The notes: generated from the letters alone by a model not told the origin. A stretch of DNA of 64,000 bases from Eledone cirrhosa (GCA_964016885.1 CAXHJY010000023.1:62001-126000); one strand, 5' to 3'; counted from the stretch's first letter, positions 49,304 to 62,049 are shown. Made by a program: numbers and translations.

Positions 49304-52300
49304 ATAAAAACAAATAACGAAACGAAATTAAATTTCGTTTCGTTTGTAACTCACTTTTGTATGACTGACGCTTAAACAATTAAGTTAAAAATGTACATCC
49401 ACATATGTATACTGAAATACTAGTATGCATATGAATACACACACGTGTACATATGTAGATGTACCGAGTTTTCACTGGTCACTTTACTGTGAGTGTCCAG
49501 CTATTCTGTATGTAGACACACAGACAAACCGGTTCTTAGAGTCATACTGGTTTTTGAGGAAACACCTTTCCTCTATTCTCCAGAAAGCCAGACAAGGAAT
49601 ATTGGACTAGTTTCGATGTTGTTACATCTCATCAGCAATATTTACCTATCTTCCGGCTTCTCTAGAGAATCGTGAAAGCACATATCGTTATATGCTTTTT
49701 CTATGAAAATTAGTAGTGGGCAGACCAATTTGCATAGAGCGTGAGTACGTACCGGTTCAACGGAGACGATAAAAACAAATAACGAAACGAAATTAAATTT
49801 CGTTTCGTTTGTAACTCACTTTTGTATGACTGACGCTTAAACAATTAAGTTAAAAATGTACATCCACATATGTATACTGAAATACTAGTATGCATATGAA
49901 TACACACACGTGTACATATGTAGATGTACCGAGTTTTCACTGGTCACTTTACTGTGAGTGTCCAGCTATTCTGTATGTAGACACACAGACAAACCGGTTC
50001 TTAGAGTCATACTGGTTTTTGAGGAAACACCTTTCCTCTATTCTCCAGAAAGCCAGACAAGGAATATTGGACTAGTTTCGATGTTGTTACATCTCATCAG
50101 CAATATTTACCTATCTTCCGGCTTCTCTAGAGAATCGTGAAAGCACATATCGTTATATGCTTTTTCTATGAAAATTAGTAGTGGGCAGACCAATTTGCAT
50201 AGAGCGTGAGTACGTACCGGTTCAACGGAGACGATAAAAACAAATAACGAAACGAAATTAAATTTCGTTTCGTTTGTAACTCACTTTTGTATGACTGACG
50301 CTTAAACAATTAAGTTAAAAATGTACATCCACATATGTATACTGAAATACTAGTATGCATATGAATACACACACGTGTACATATGTAGATGTACCGAGTT
50401 TTCACTGGTCACTTTACTGTGAGTGTCCAGCTATTCTGTATGTAGACACACAGACAAACCGGTTCTTAGAGTCATACTGGTTTTTGAGGAAACACCTTTC
50501 CTCTATTCTCCAGAAAGCCAGACAAGGAATATTGGACTAGTTTCGATGTTGTTACATCTCATCAGCAATATTTACCTATCTTCCGGCTTCTCTAGAGAAT
50601 CGTGAAAGCACATATCGTTATATGCTTTTTCTATGAAAATTAGTAGTGGGCAGACCAATTTGCATAGAGCGTGAGTACGTACCGGTTCAACGGAGACGAT
50701 AAAAACAAATAACGAAACGAAATTAAATTTCGTTTCGTTTGTAACTCACTTTTGTATGACTGACGCTTAAACAATTAAGTTAAAAATGTACATCCACATA
50801 TGTATACTGAAATACTAGTATGCATATGAATACACACACGTGTACATATGTAGATGTACCGAGTTTTCACTGGTCACTTTACTGTGAGTGTCCAGCTATT
50901 CTGTATGTAGACACACAGACAAACCGGTTCTTAGAGTCATACTGGTTTTTGAGGAAACACCTTTCCTCTATTCTCCAGAAAGCCAGACAAGGAATATTGG
51001 ACTAGTTTCGATGTTGTTACATCTCATCAGCAATATTTACCTATCTTCCGGCTTCTCTAGAGAATCGTGAAAGCACATATCGTTATATGCTTTTTCTATG
51101 AAAATTAGTAGTGGGCAGACCAATTTGCATAGAGCGTGAGTACGTACCGGTTCAACGGAGACGATAAAAACAAATAACGAAACGAAATTAAATTTCGTTT
51201 CGTTTGTAACTCACTTTTGTATGACTGACGCTTAAACAATTGAGTTAAAAATGTACATCCACATATGTATACTGAAATACTAGTATGCATATGAATACAC
51301 ACACGTGTACATATGTAGATGTACCGAGTTTTCACTGGTCACTTTACTGTGAGTGTCCAGCTATTCTGTATGTAGACACACAGACAAACCGGTTCTTAGA
51401 GTCATACTGGTTTTTGAGGAAACACCTTTCCTCTATTCTCCAGAAAGCCAGACAAGGAATATTGGACTAGTTTCGATGTTGTTACATCTCATCAGCAATA
51501 TTTACCTATCTTCCGGCTTCTCTAGAGAATCGTGAAAGCACATATCGTTATATGCTTTTTCTATGAAAATTAGTAGTGGGCAGACCAATTTGCATAGAGC
51601 GTGAGTACGTACCGGTTCAACGGAGACGATAAAAACAAATAACGAAACGAAATTAAATTTCGTTTCGTTTGTAACTCACTTTTGTATGACTGACGCTTAA
51701 ACAATTAAGTTAAAAATGTACATCCACATATGTATACTGAAATACTAGTATGCATATGAATACACACACGTGTACATATGTAGATGTACCGAGTTTTCAC
51801 TGGTCACTTTACTGTGAGTGTCCAGCTATTCTGTATGTAGACACACAGACAAACCGGTTCTTAGAGTCATACTGGTTTTTGAGGAAACACCTTTCCTCTA
51901 TTCTCCAGAAAGCCAGACAAGGAATATTGGACTAGTTTCGATGTTGTTACATCTCATCAGCAATATTTACCTATCTTCCGGCTTCTCTAGAGAATCGTGA
52001 AAGCACATATCGTTATATGCTTTTTCTATGAAAATTAGTAGTGGGCAGACCAATTTGCATAGAGCGTGAGTACGTACCGTTTCAACGGAGACGATAAAAA
52101 CAAATAACGAAACGAAATTAAATTTCGTTTCGTTTGTAACTCACTTTTGTATGACTGACGCTTAAACAATTAAGTTAAAAATGTACATCCACATATGTAT
52201 ACTGAAATACTAGTATGCATATGAATACACACACGTGTACATATGTAGATGTACCGAGTTTTCACTGGTCACTTTACTGTGAGTGTCCAGCTATTCTGTA

Positions 52301-55300
52301 TGTAGACACACAGACAAACCGGTTCTTAGAGTCATACTGGTTTTTGAGGAAACACCTTTCCTCTATTCTCCAGAAAGCCAGACAAGGAATATTGGACTAG
52401 TTTCGATGTTGTTACATCTCATCAGCAATATTTACCTATCTTCCGGCTTCTCTAGAGAATCGTGAAAGCACATATCGTTATATGCTTTTTCTATGAAAAT
52501 TAGTAGTGGGCAGACTAATTTGCATAGAGCGTGAGTACGTACCGGTTCAACGGAGACGATAAAAACAAATAACGAAACGAAATTAAATTTCGTTTCGTTT
52601 GTAACTCACTTTTGTATGACTGACGCTTAAACAATTAAGTTAAAAATGTACATCCACATATGTATACTGAAATACTAGTATGCATATGAATACACACACG
52701 TGTACATATGTAGATGTACCGAGTTTTCACTGGTCACTTTACTGTGAGTGTCCAGCTATTCTGTATGTAGACACACAGACAAACCGGTTCTTAGAGTCAT
52801 ACTGGTTTTTGAGGAAACACCTTTCCTCTATTCTCCAGAAAGCCAGACAAGGAATATTGGACTAGTTTCGATGTTGTTACATCTCATCAGCAATATTTAC
52901 CTATCTTCCGGCTTCTCTAGAGAATCGTGAAAGCACATATCGTTATATGCTTTTTCTATGAAAATTAGTAGTGGGCAGACCAATTTGCATAGAGCGTGAG
53001 TACGTACCGGTTCAACGGAGACGATAAAAACAAATAACGAAACGAAATTAAATTTCGTTTCGTTTGTAACTCACTTTTGTATGACTGACGCTTAAACAAT
53101 TAAGTTAAAAATGTACATCCACATATGTATACTGAAATACTAGTATGCATATGAATACACACACGTGTACATATGTAGATGTACCGAGTTTTCACTGGTC
53201 ACTTTACTGTGAGTGTCCAGCTATTCTGTATGTAGACACACAGACAAACCGGTTCTTAGAGTCATACTGGTTTTTGAGGAAACACCTTTCCTCTATTCTC
53301 CAGAAAGCCAGACAAGGAATATTGGACTAGTTTCGATGTTGTTACATCTCATCAGCAATATTTACCTATCTTCCGGCTTCTCTAGAGAATCGTGAAAGCA
53401 CATATCGTTATATGCTTTTTCTATGAAAATTAGTAGTGGGCAGACCAATTTGCATAGAGCGTGAGTACGTACCGGTTCAACGGAGACGATAAAAACAAAT
53501 AACGAAACGAAATTAAATTTCGTTTCGTTTGTAACTCACTTTTGTATGACTGACGCTTAAACAATTAAGTTAAAAATGTACATCCACATATGTATACTGA
53601 AATACTAGTATGCATATGAATACACACACGTGTACATATGTAGATGTACCGAGTTTTCACTGGTCACTTTACTGTGAGTGTCCAGCTATTCTGTATGTAG
53701 ACACACAGACAAACCGGTTCTTAGAGTCATACTGGTTTTTGAGGAAACACCTTTCCTCTATTCTCCAGAAAGCCAAACAAGGAATATTGGACTAGTTTCG
53801 ATGTTGTTACATCTCATCAGCAATATTTACCTATCTTCCGGCTTCTCTAGAGAATCGTGAAAGCACATATCGTTATATGCTTTTTCTATGAAAATTAGTA
53901 GTGGGCAGACTAATTTGCATAGAGCGTGAGTACGTACCGGTTCAACGGAGACGATAAAAACAAATAACGAAACGAAATTAAATTTCGTTTCGTTTGTAAC
54001 TCACTTTTGTATGACTGACGCTTAAACAATTAAGTTAAAAATGTACATCCACATATGTATACTGAAATACTAGTATGCATATGAATACACACACGTGTAC
54101 ATATGTAGATGTACCGAGTTTTCACTGGTCACTTTACTGTGAGTGTCCAGCTATTCTGTATGTAGACACACAGACAAACCGGTTCTTAGAGTCATACTGG
54201 TTTTTGAGGAAACACCTTTCCTCTATTCTCCAGAAAGCCAGACAAGGAATATTGGACTAGTTTCGATGTTGTTACATCTCATCAGCAATATTTACCTATC
54301 TTCCGGCTTCTCTAGAGAATCGTGAAAGCACATATCGTTATATGCTTTTTCTATGAAAATTAGTAGTGGGCAGACCAATTTGCATAGAGCGTGAGTACGT
54401 ACCGGTTCAACGGAGTCGATAAAAACAAATAACGAAACGAAATTAAATTTCGTTTCGTTTGTAACTCACTTTTGTATGACTGACGCTTAAACAATTAAGT
54501 TAAAAATGTACATCCACATATGTATACTGAAATACTAGTATGCATATGAATACACACACGTGTACATATGTAGATGTACCGAGTTTTCACTGGTCACTTT
54601 ACTGTGAGTGTCCAGCTATTCTGTATGTAGACACACAGACAAACCGGTTCTTAGAGTCATACTGGTTTTTGAGGAAACACCTTTCCTCTATTCTCCAGAA
54701 AGCCAGACAAGGAATATTGGACTAGTTTCGATGTTGTTACATCTCATCAGCAATATTTACCTATCTTCCGGCTTCTCTAGAGAATCGTGAAAGCACATAT
54801 CGTTATATGCTTTTTCTATGAAAATTAGTAGTAGGCAGACCAATTTGCATAGAGCGTGAGTACGTACCGGTTCAACGGAGACGATAAAAACAAATAACGA
54901 AACGAAATTAAATTTCGTTTCGTTTGTAACTCACTTTTGTATGACTGACGCTTAAACAATTAAGTTAAAAATGTACATCCACATATGTATACTGAAATAC
55001 TAGTATGCATATGAATACACACACGTGTACATATGTAGATGTACCGAGTTTTCACTGGTCACTTTACTGTGAGTGTCCAGCTATTCTGTATGTAGACACA
55101 CAGACAAACCGGTTCTTAGAGTCATACTGGTTTTTGAGGAAACACCTTTCCTCTATTCTCCAGAAAGCCAGACAAGGAATATTGGACTAGTTTCGATGTT
55201 GTTACATCTCATCAGCAATATTTACCTATCTTCCGGCTTCTCTAGAGAATCGTGAAAGCACATATCGTTATATGCTTTTTCTATGAAAATTAGTAGTGGG

Positions 55301-57668
55301 CAGACCAATTTGCATAGAGCGTGAGTACGTACCGGTTCAACGGAGACGATAAAAACAAATAACGAAACGAAATTAAATTTCGTTTCGTTTGTAACTCACT
55401 TTTGTATGACTGACGCTTAAACAATTAAGTTAAAAATGTACATCCACATATGTATACTGAAATACTAGTATGCATATGAATACACACACGTGTACATATG
55501 TAGATGTACCGAGTTTTCACTGGTCACTTTACTGTGAGTGTCCAGCTATTCTGTATGTAGACACACAGACAAACCGGTTCTTAGAGTCATACTGGTTTTT
55601 GAGGAAACACCTTTCCTCTATTCTCCAGAAAGCCAGACAAGGAATATTGGACTAGTTTCGATCTTGTTACATCTCATCAGCAATATTTACCTATCTTCCG
55701 GCTTCTCTAGAGAATCGTGAAAGCACATATCGTTATATGCTTTTTCTATGAAAATTAGTAGTGGGCAGACTAATTTGCATAGAGCGTGAGTACGTACCGG
55801 TTCAACGGAGACGATAAAAACAAATAACGAAACGAAATTAAATTTCGTTTCGTTTGTAACTCACTTTTGTATGACTGACGCTTAAACAATTAAGTTAAAA
55901 ATGTACATCCACATATGTATACTGAAATACTAGTATGCATATGAATACACACACGTGTACATATGTAGATGTACCGAGTTTTCACTGGTCACTTTACTGT
56001 GAGTGTCCAGCTATTCTGTATGTAGACACACAGACAAACCGGTTCTTAGAGTCATACTGGTTTTTGAGGAAACACCTTTCCTCTATTCACCAGAAAGCCA
56101 GACAAGGAATATTGGACTAGTTTCGATGTTGTTACATCTCATCAGCAATATTTACCTATCTTCCGGCTTCTCTAGAGAATCGTGAAAGCACATATCGTTA
56201 TATGCTTTTTCTATGAAAATTAGTAGTGGGCAGACCAATTTGCATAGAGCGTGAGTACGTACCGGTTCAACGGAGACGATAAAAACAAATAACGAAACGA
56301 AATTAAATTTCGTTTCGTTTGTAACTCACTTTTGTATGACTGACGCTTAAACAATTAAGTTAAAAATGTACATCCACATATGTATACTGAAATACTAGTA
56401 TGCATATGAATACACACACGTGTACATATGTAGATGTACCGAGTTTTCACTGGTCACTTTACTGTGAGTGTCCAGCTATTCTGTATGTAGACACACAGAC
56501 AAACCGGTTCTTAGAGTCATACTGGTTTTTGAGGAAACACCTTTCCTCTATTCTCCAGAAAGCCAGACAAGGAATATTGGACTAGTTTCGATGTTGTTAC
56601 ATCTCATCAGCAATATTTACCTATCTTCCGGCTTCTCTAGAGAATCGTGAAAGCACATATCGTTATATGCTTTTTCTATGAAAATTAGTAGTGGGCAGAC
56701 CAATTTGCATAGAGCGTGAGTACGTACCGGTTCAACGGAGACGATAAAAACAAATAACGAAACGAAATTAAATTTCGTTTCGTTTGTAACTCACTTTTGT
56801 ATGACTGACGCTTAAACAATTAAGTTAAAAATGTACATCCACATATGTATACTGAAATACTAGTATGCATATGAATACACACACGTGTACATATGTAGAT
56901 GTACCGAGTTTTCACTGGTCACTTTACTGTGAGTGTCCAGCTATTCTGTATGTAGACACACAGACAAACCGGTTCTTAGAGTCATACTGGTTTTTGAGGA
57001 AACACCTTTCCTCTATTCTCCAGAAAGCCAGACAAGGAATATTGGACTAGTTTCGATGTTGTTACATCTCATCAGCAATATTTACCTATCTTCCGGCTTC
57101 TCTAGAGAATCGTGAAAGCACATATCGTTATATGCTTTTTCTATGAAAATTAGTAGTGGGCAGACCAATTTGCATAGAGCGTGAGTACGTACCGGTTCAA
57201 CGGAGACGATAAAAACAAATAACGAAACGAAATTAAATTTCGTTTCGTTTGTAACTCACTTTTGTATGACTGACGCTTAAACAATTAAGTTAAAAATGTA
57301 CATCCACATATGTATACTGAAATACTAGTATGCATATGAATACACACACGTGTACATATGTAGATGTACCGAGTTTTCACTGGTCACTTTACTGTGAGTG
57401 TCCAGCTATTCTGTATGTAGACACACAGACAAACCGGTTCTTAGAGTCATACTGGTTTTTGAGGAAACACCTTTCCTCTATTCTCCAGAAAGCCAGACAA
57501 GGAATATTGGACTAGTTTCGATGTTGTTACATCTCATCAGCAATATTTACCTATCTTCCGGCTTCTCTAGAGAATCGTGAAAGCACATATCGTTATATGC
57601 TTTTTCTATGAAAATTAGTAGTGGGCAGACCAATTTGCATAGAGCGTGAGTACGTACCGGTTCAACGG
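49304..57668 (-). repeat. 18 head-to-tail copies of a 465-bp HHR-containing unit (family H); last copy 5 nt short
   Basis: Exact 465-bp period (ORF track starts 49425...57330); about 10 substitutions seen and no indels. Confidence 0.98.
49598..49642 (-). ncRNA. Minimal type I hammerhead ribozyme, first of 18 (repeats every 465 bp)
   Basis: Minus strand: AATATTG-CTGATGA-GATGTaacaACATC-GAAA-CTAG-TC^CAATATT; 7-bp stem I, 5-bp stem II, canonical core, GUC triplet. Confidence 0.9.
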
Positions 57669-58107
57669 TCGAAACTAGTCCAATATTCCTTGTCTGGCTT
57701 TCTGGAGAATAGAGGAAAGGTGTTTCCTCAAAAACCAGTATGACTCTAAGAACCGGTTTGTCTGTGTGTCTACATACAGAATAGCTGGACACTCACAGTA
57801 AAGTGACCAGTGAAAACTCGGTACATCTACATATGTACACGTGTGTGTATTCATATGCATACTAGTATTTCAGTATACATATGTGGATGTACATTTTTAA
57901 CTTAATTGTTTAAGCGTCAGTCATACAAAAGTGAGTTACAAACGAAACGAAATTTAATTTCGTTTCGTTATTTGTTTTTATCGTCTCCGTTGAACCGGTA
58001 CGTACTCACGCTCTATGCAAATTGGTCTGCCCACTACTAATTTTCATAGAAAAAGCATATAACGATATGTGCTTTCACGATTCTCTAGAGAAGCCGGAAG
58101 ATAGGTA

Positions 58108-58152
58108 AATATTGCTGATGAGATGTAACAACATCGAAACTAGTCCAATATT
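58108..58152 (+). ncRNA. Same hammerhead in the inverted arm (predicted cleavage after 58145)
   Basis: AATATTGCTGATGAGATGTAACAACATCGAAACTAGTCCAATATT read directly. Confidence 0.9.
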
Positions 58153-58376
58153 CCTTGTCTGGCTTTCTGGAGAATAGAGGAAAGGTGTTTCCTCAAAAAC
58201 CAGTATGACTCTAAGAACCGGTTTGTCTGTGTGTCTACATACAGAATAGCTGGACACTCACAGTAAAGTGACCAGTGAAAACTCGGTACATCTACATATG
58301 TACACGTGTGTGTATTCATATGCATACTAGTATTTCAGTATACATATGTGGATGTACATTTTTAACTTAATTGTTC

Positions 58377-58407
<31 letters not shown>

Positions 58408-58443
58408 TATACATATATATACATATATATACATATATATACA

Positions 58444-58485
<42 letters not shown>

Positions 58486-58496
58486 CATATATATAC

Positions 58497-58529
<33 letters not shown>

Positions 58530-58606
58530 CATAAACATATATATATATATATATATACATATATATACATAAACATATATATATATATATATATACATAT
58601 ATATAC

Positions 58607-58695
<89 letters not shown>

Positions 58696-58700
58696 TATAC

Positions 58701-58807
<107 letters not shown>

Positions 58808-58808
58808 C

Positions 58809-58856
<48 letters not shown>

Positions 58857-58865
58857 ACATATATA

Positions 58866-59291
58866 TGTAGGAGGTGAGTTTTATTGTAGTACAATAAAGC
58901 AATGCAGATATCGGATAAGAAGCACTCTACAATTTGTAGGACTGGAGAATACATAATATAAGATCAAAAGATGGTTAAAGGAGTTCCATGTATTTTATTA
59001 TGCGCATTTCAAAAACAAACATCATCATGCAATAATATTTGTGTTTTCATCAGATAAAACAGGAGAACATGATATGAAGGCTAAAAAACACATGTGGATA
59101 GTGCAGTTGATAGTGCAGATAGATATGTTGATTTAAAACTGCACTATCCACAAGTGTTTTTTAGCCTTCATATCATGTTCTCCTGTTTTATCTGATGAAA
59201 ACACAAATATTATTGCATGATGATGTTTGTTTTTGAAATGCGCATAATAAAATACATGGAACTCCTTTAACCATCTTTTTATCTTATATTA
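58866..59291 (-). mobile_element. Family C full foldback element; HHRs at 58991-59061 (-) and 59184-59254 (+)
   Basis: ~155-bp inverted repeat 58954-59109 / ~59137-59291 plus ~88-nt tail; palindromic TGCGCA stem III. Confidence 0.88.
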
Positions 59292-59569
59292 TACATATAT
59301 ATATATATTTATATAAACATATATATATATATATATAAACATATATATACATATATTTATATAAACATATATATATAGAAACATATATATATATATAAAC
59401 ATATATATATATATATATATACATATATATACATACATATATACACACATTAATTAACACGTTGATATTTGTCTGTATTATTCCGGGCGAATTGAAAAAG
59501 AAAGATAGCCAAAATATCTAAAACGAGCGGTCAATATAAATGACATTTTATTACACGGATTCTACAAAA

Positions 59570-59830
59570 CCGACAACAAGAACAATACTAACAACATGCA
59601 GCAACAATATCAACAACAAACGAAACAAACAACGAAACAACAACAATAAAACATCAAGTACAAGAATTTCAAAAACATCAACAACAAAACCGCCGTTGTG
59701 CAACACAAACAACAACAACAACAATACTGAAAGCGACAACCTAGAAAGAAAAATATAATAACAACAACTACTAAACAAACAAATATTGAAACTATAACAA
59801 AATCAAACGAAAAATCGAAATCGACGAGAA
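59570..59830. repeat. Degenerate (CAA)n-rich low-complexity tract
   Basis: Direct inspection. Confidence 0.7.
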
Positions 59831-60006
59831 AGAGAATGTTAAAATTATTAAGAAATGTCTAAATAAAAGAAATAATGAAAAAGAAGACAATGTTCCGATC
59901 AAAATGTCAGACGAGACGTGAACAGATTAAGAAGCTTAGTGGGTCTTAATTTGTTGTATGGCTTAAGTGGGGAGGGCTTAAGGGTGGAGAGAATGGTGTG
60001 TTTATA

Positions 60007-60710
60007 AGAGAGAGAGAAAGAGAAAGAGAAGGGAGAGAGAGGGAGAGTGAGAGATTTGTGAGAGGGAGCGAGAGAGAGTTGTGAGAGGGAGAGCAAGAGC
60101 TGTGAAAGGGAACGAGAGAGATTTGTGAGAGGGAGAGAGTTGAGAGATTTGTGAGAGGGAGAGAGTTGAGAGGGAGCGAGAGAGATTTATGAGAGGGAGA
60201 GAGTTGTGAGAGGGAGTGAGAGAGATATGTAAGAAGGAGAGAGTTGTGAGAGGGAGTGAGAGAGATGTGTGTAAGGGAGAGAGCTGTGAGAGGTAGTGAG
60301 AGAGATGTGTAAGAAGGAGAGAGTTGTGAGGGGGAGTGGGAGAGAGTTGTGAGAGGGAGTGAGAGAGATTTATGAGAGCGAGAGAGCTGTGAGAGGGAGT
60401 GAGAGAGATTTGTGAGAGGGAGAGAGCTGAGAGAGATTTGTGAGAGGGAGAGAGCTGTGAGAGGGAGAGAGCTGTGAGAGGGAGAGAGCTGTGAGAGGGA
60501 GAGAGCTGTGGGATGGAGCGAGAGAGAGTTATGAGAGGGTGTGAGAGAGATTTGTAAGAGGGAGAGAGTTGTAAGAGAGAGAGAGAGACATTTATGAGAG
60601 GAAGAGAGCTGTGAGAGGGAGAGAGAGAGATTTATGAGAGGGAGAGAGTTGGGAGAGGGAGTGAGAGAGATTTATGAGAGGGAGAGAGTTGTGAGAGGGA
60701 GTGAAAGAGA
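60007..60710. repeat. GA-rich minisatellite with ~17-21-bp units (e.g. GAGAGGGAGAGAGCTGT)
   Basis: Direct inspection. Confidence 0.9.
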
Positions 60711-61180
60711 TCTGTCCGACGCCAAAAACAAGATGGCGTAGGACAGAACAAAGGAGAGGCACAAAACAAAGAGAAAAATCCCCAGTCACTGAAAAGGTCA
60801 CAGGATGTGTCACGAAAGAACTTTGACAATATATGAACAACCGTCTGGTTGTGGAACCAACTAACCAAACGGAAATTTATAAATTTATGAATTTAATTTA
60901 TAATAAGTATTGGTAACATCTACATCTCAGGCGGGTAAAATTCCCCGAGATCCATGGACGAGTTCTCTCAAGCGGTCTCTGTCCCTCATTATCGTTGCTA
61001 TCTCCTGCGTCTCCAACAGACCAGTGTCTATCCTTAGGGCATCAACATACGTTAACCTTGGTCTTCCTCTTCTAGCGTGTCCATGTAGGGGCTCCCACCA
61101 TGACCATCCGAAAGTATAACAATATCGGTTTCAACACATGTTTTCGGATAAATAATCTTGCTAAACAAGTTCAGAAACGA
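60711..61180 (+). mobile_element. Family J element with a decayed HHR (60784-60828), interrupted by an RTE fragment
   Basis: Reverse complement of 9925-10206 in two pieces (to ~60912 and 61112-61180); core reads CTGAAAA. Confidence 0.7.
60916..61107 (-). pseudogene. RTE-type LINE extreme 3' fragment
   Basis: Minus strand translates WEPLHGHARRGRPRLTYVDALRIDTGL..IATIMRDRDRLRELV, similar to 24510-24681; short GATGTA repeat tail. Confidence 0.8.
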
Positions 61181-61196
61181 TATATATATATATATA

Positions 61197-61314
61197 TATT
61201 GTTATGCTTTGGGAGGGTCATGTTGCCAATAAGAAACACGCGTACCAGTTGCTTTCACTTCAATTTATTATAATACATTTATAAATTTAGGAATTTATAA
61301 ATTTCCGGTTGGTT

Positions 61315-61317
<3 letters not shown>
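61197..61317 (-). mobile_element. Further family J fragment
   Basis: Matches 9987-10108. Confidence 0.75.
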
Positions 61318-61361
<44 letters not shown>

Positions 61362-61596
61362 GCACACATATATATATGTACGTATGGATTCACCGAACAT
61401 TTATTATAATGCTCGGCGTGTTTGTAAACAAACATCCCTTATTAAGCCGTAGTGTCCAGCAACCATCGTTGCTCGTTTGTTCAACACTGACAAAGGAACG
61501 CTGTACTAGTTTCAAGCTTATTAGGTATCGTCAGCAACGTATACCTTCCTGCCAGATTGTTGAACGTATATACTTACATTATGCACATTAACGGCT

Positions 61597-61740
61597 GAGT
61601 AGCTCAATTTGCATATCGAGTGGATTAATCGGCCGGGTGCACCGAAAACGATAAACGCAAAAAATGAAACCAAATTTCATTTCCCACACCTAACCGATTA
61701 ACCCCCGATTAACCCACTCGATATGCAAATTGGGCTACTC
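61597..61740. mobile_element. MITE-like foldback with 36-bp terminal inverted repeats
   Basis: GAGTAGCTCAATTTGCATATCGAGTGGATTAATCGG / CCGATTAACCCACTCGATATGCAAATTGGGCTACTC (2 mismatches); interior resembles the reverse complement of 18328-18398. Confidence 0.7.
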
Positions 61741-61757
61741 AAATTGGGCTAATATAT

Positions 61758-61943
61758 ACGATTTATTAACAAATGGAAACTATATTTATAAAACCATATT
61801 TATGTCATTATACTAATTTCAAGGACACCAAGTTAAATTATGGCGTGCTTTCATTAGATAAAATATAATATAGACCAGTTTTATAAATAAATATTCACCA
61901 TACCCTTAAAGAATGCCAGTATTTCTGTTGGAAACTCTCGGAT
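61758..61943 (-). mobile_element. Family B single arm with a decayed HHR (core CTAATGA)
   Basis: Homologous to 41276-41457 and 24731-24870. Confidence 0.75.
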
Positions 61944-61979
61944 ATATACTTATATATATATATGTATAAATATATACAC

Positions 61980-62049
<70 letters not shown>

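Larger units (their letters stand above)
49304..58375 (-). mobile_element. Retrozyme/PLE-like non-autonomous element: 18x array + inverted ~1.5 units, inserted in TA microsatellite
   Basis: 57669-58375 is the reverse complement of the unit; its outer end corresponds to 49375, leaving a 71-nt unpaired tail; TA tracts on both sides. Confidence 0.8.

Noticed and set aside
49304-57668. CRISPR array or rDNA/snRNA/tRNA gene array
   Set aside because: No variable spacers; no 5S, tRNA or snRNA sequence recognised; eukaryotic repeat context
58015-58022. Octamer ATGCAAAT in each array unit (also at 41491)
   Set aside because: A single 8-mer in AT-rich DNA with no supporting snRNA-type promoter context
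49425-58325. Repeated 60-61 aa ORFs in the 465-bp unit
   Set aside because: Short, overlapping, without recognisable domains and antisense to the HHR; they recur only because the DNA is repeated
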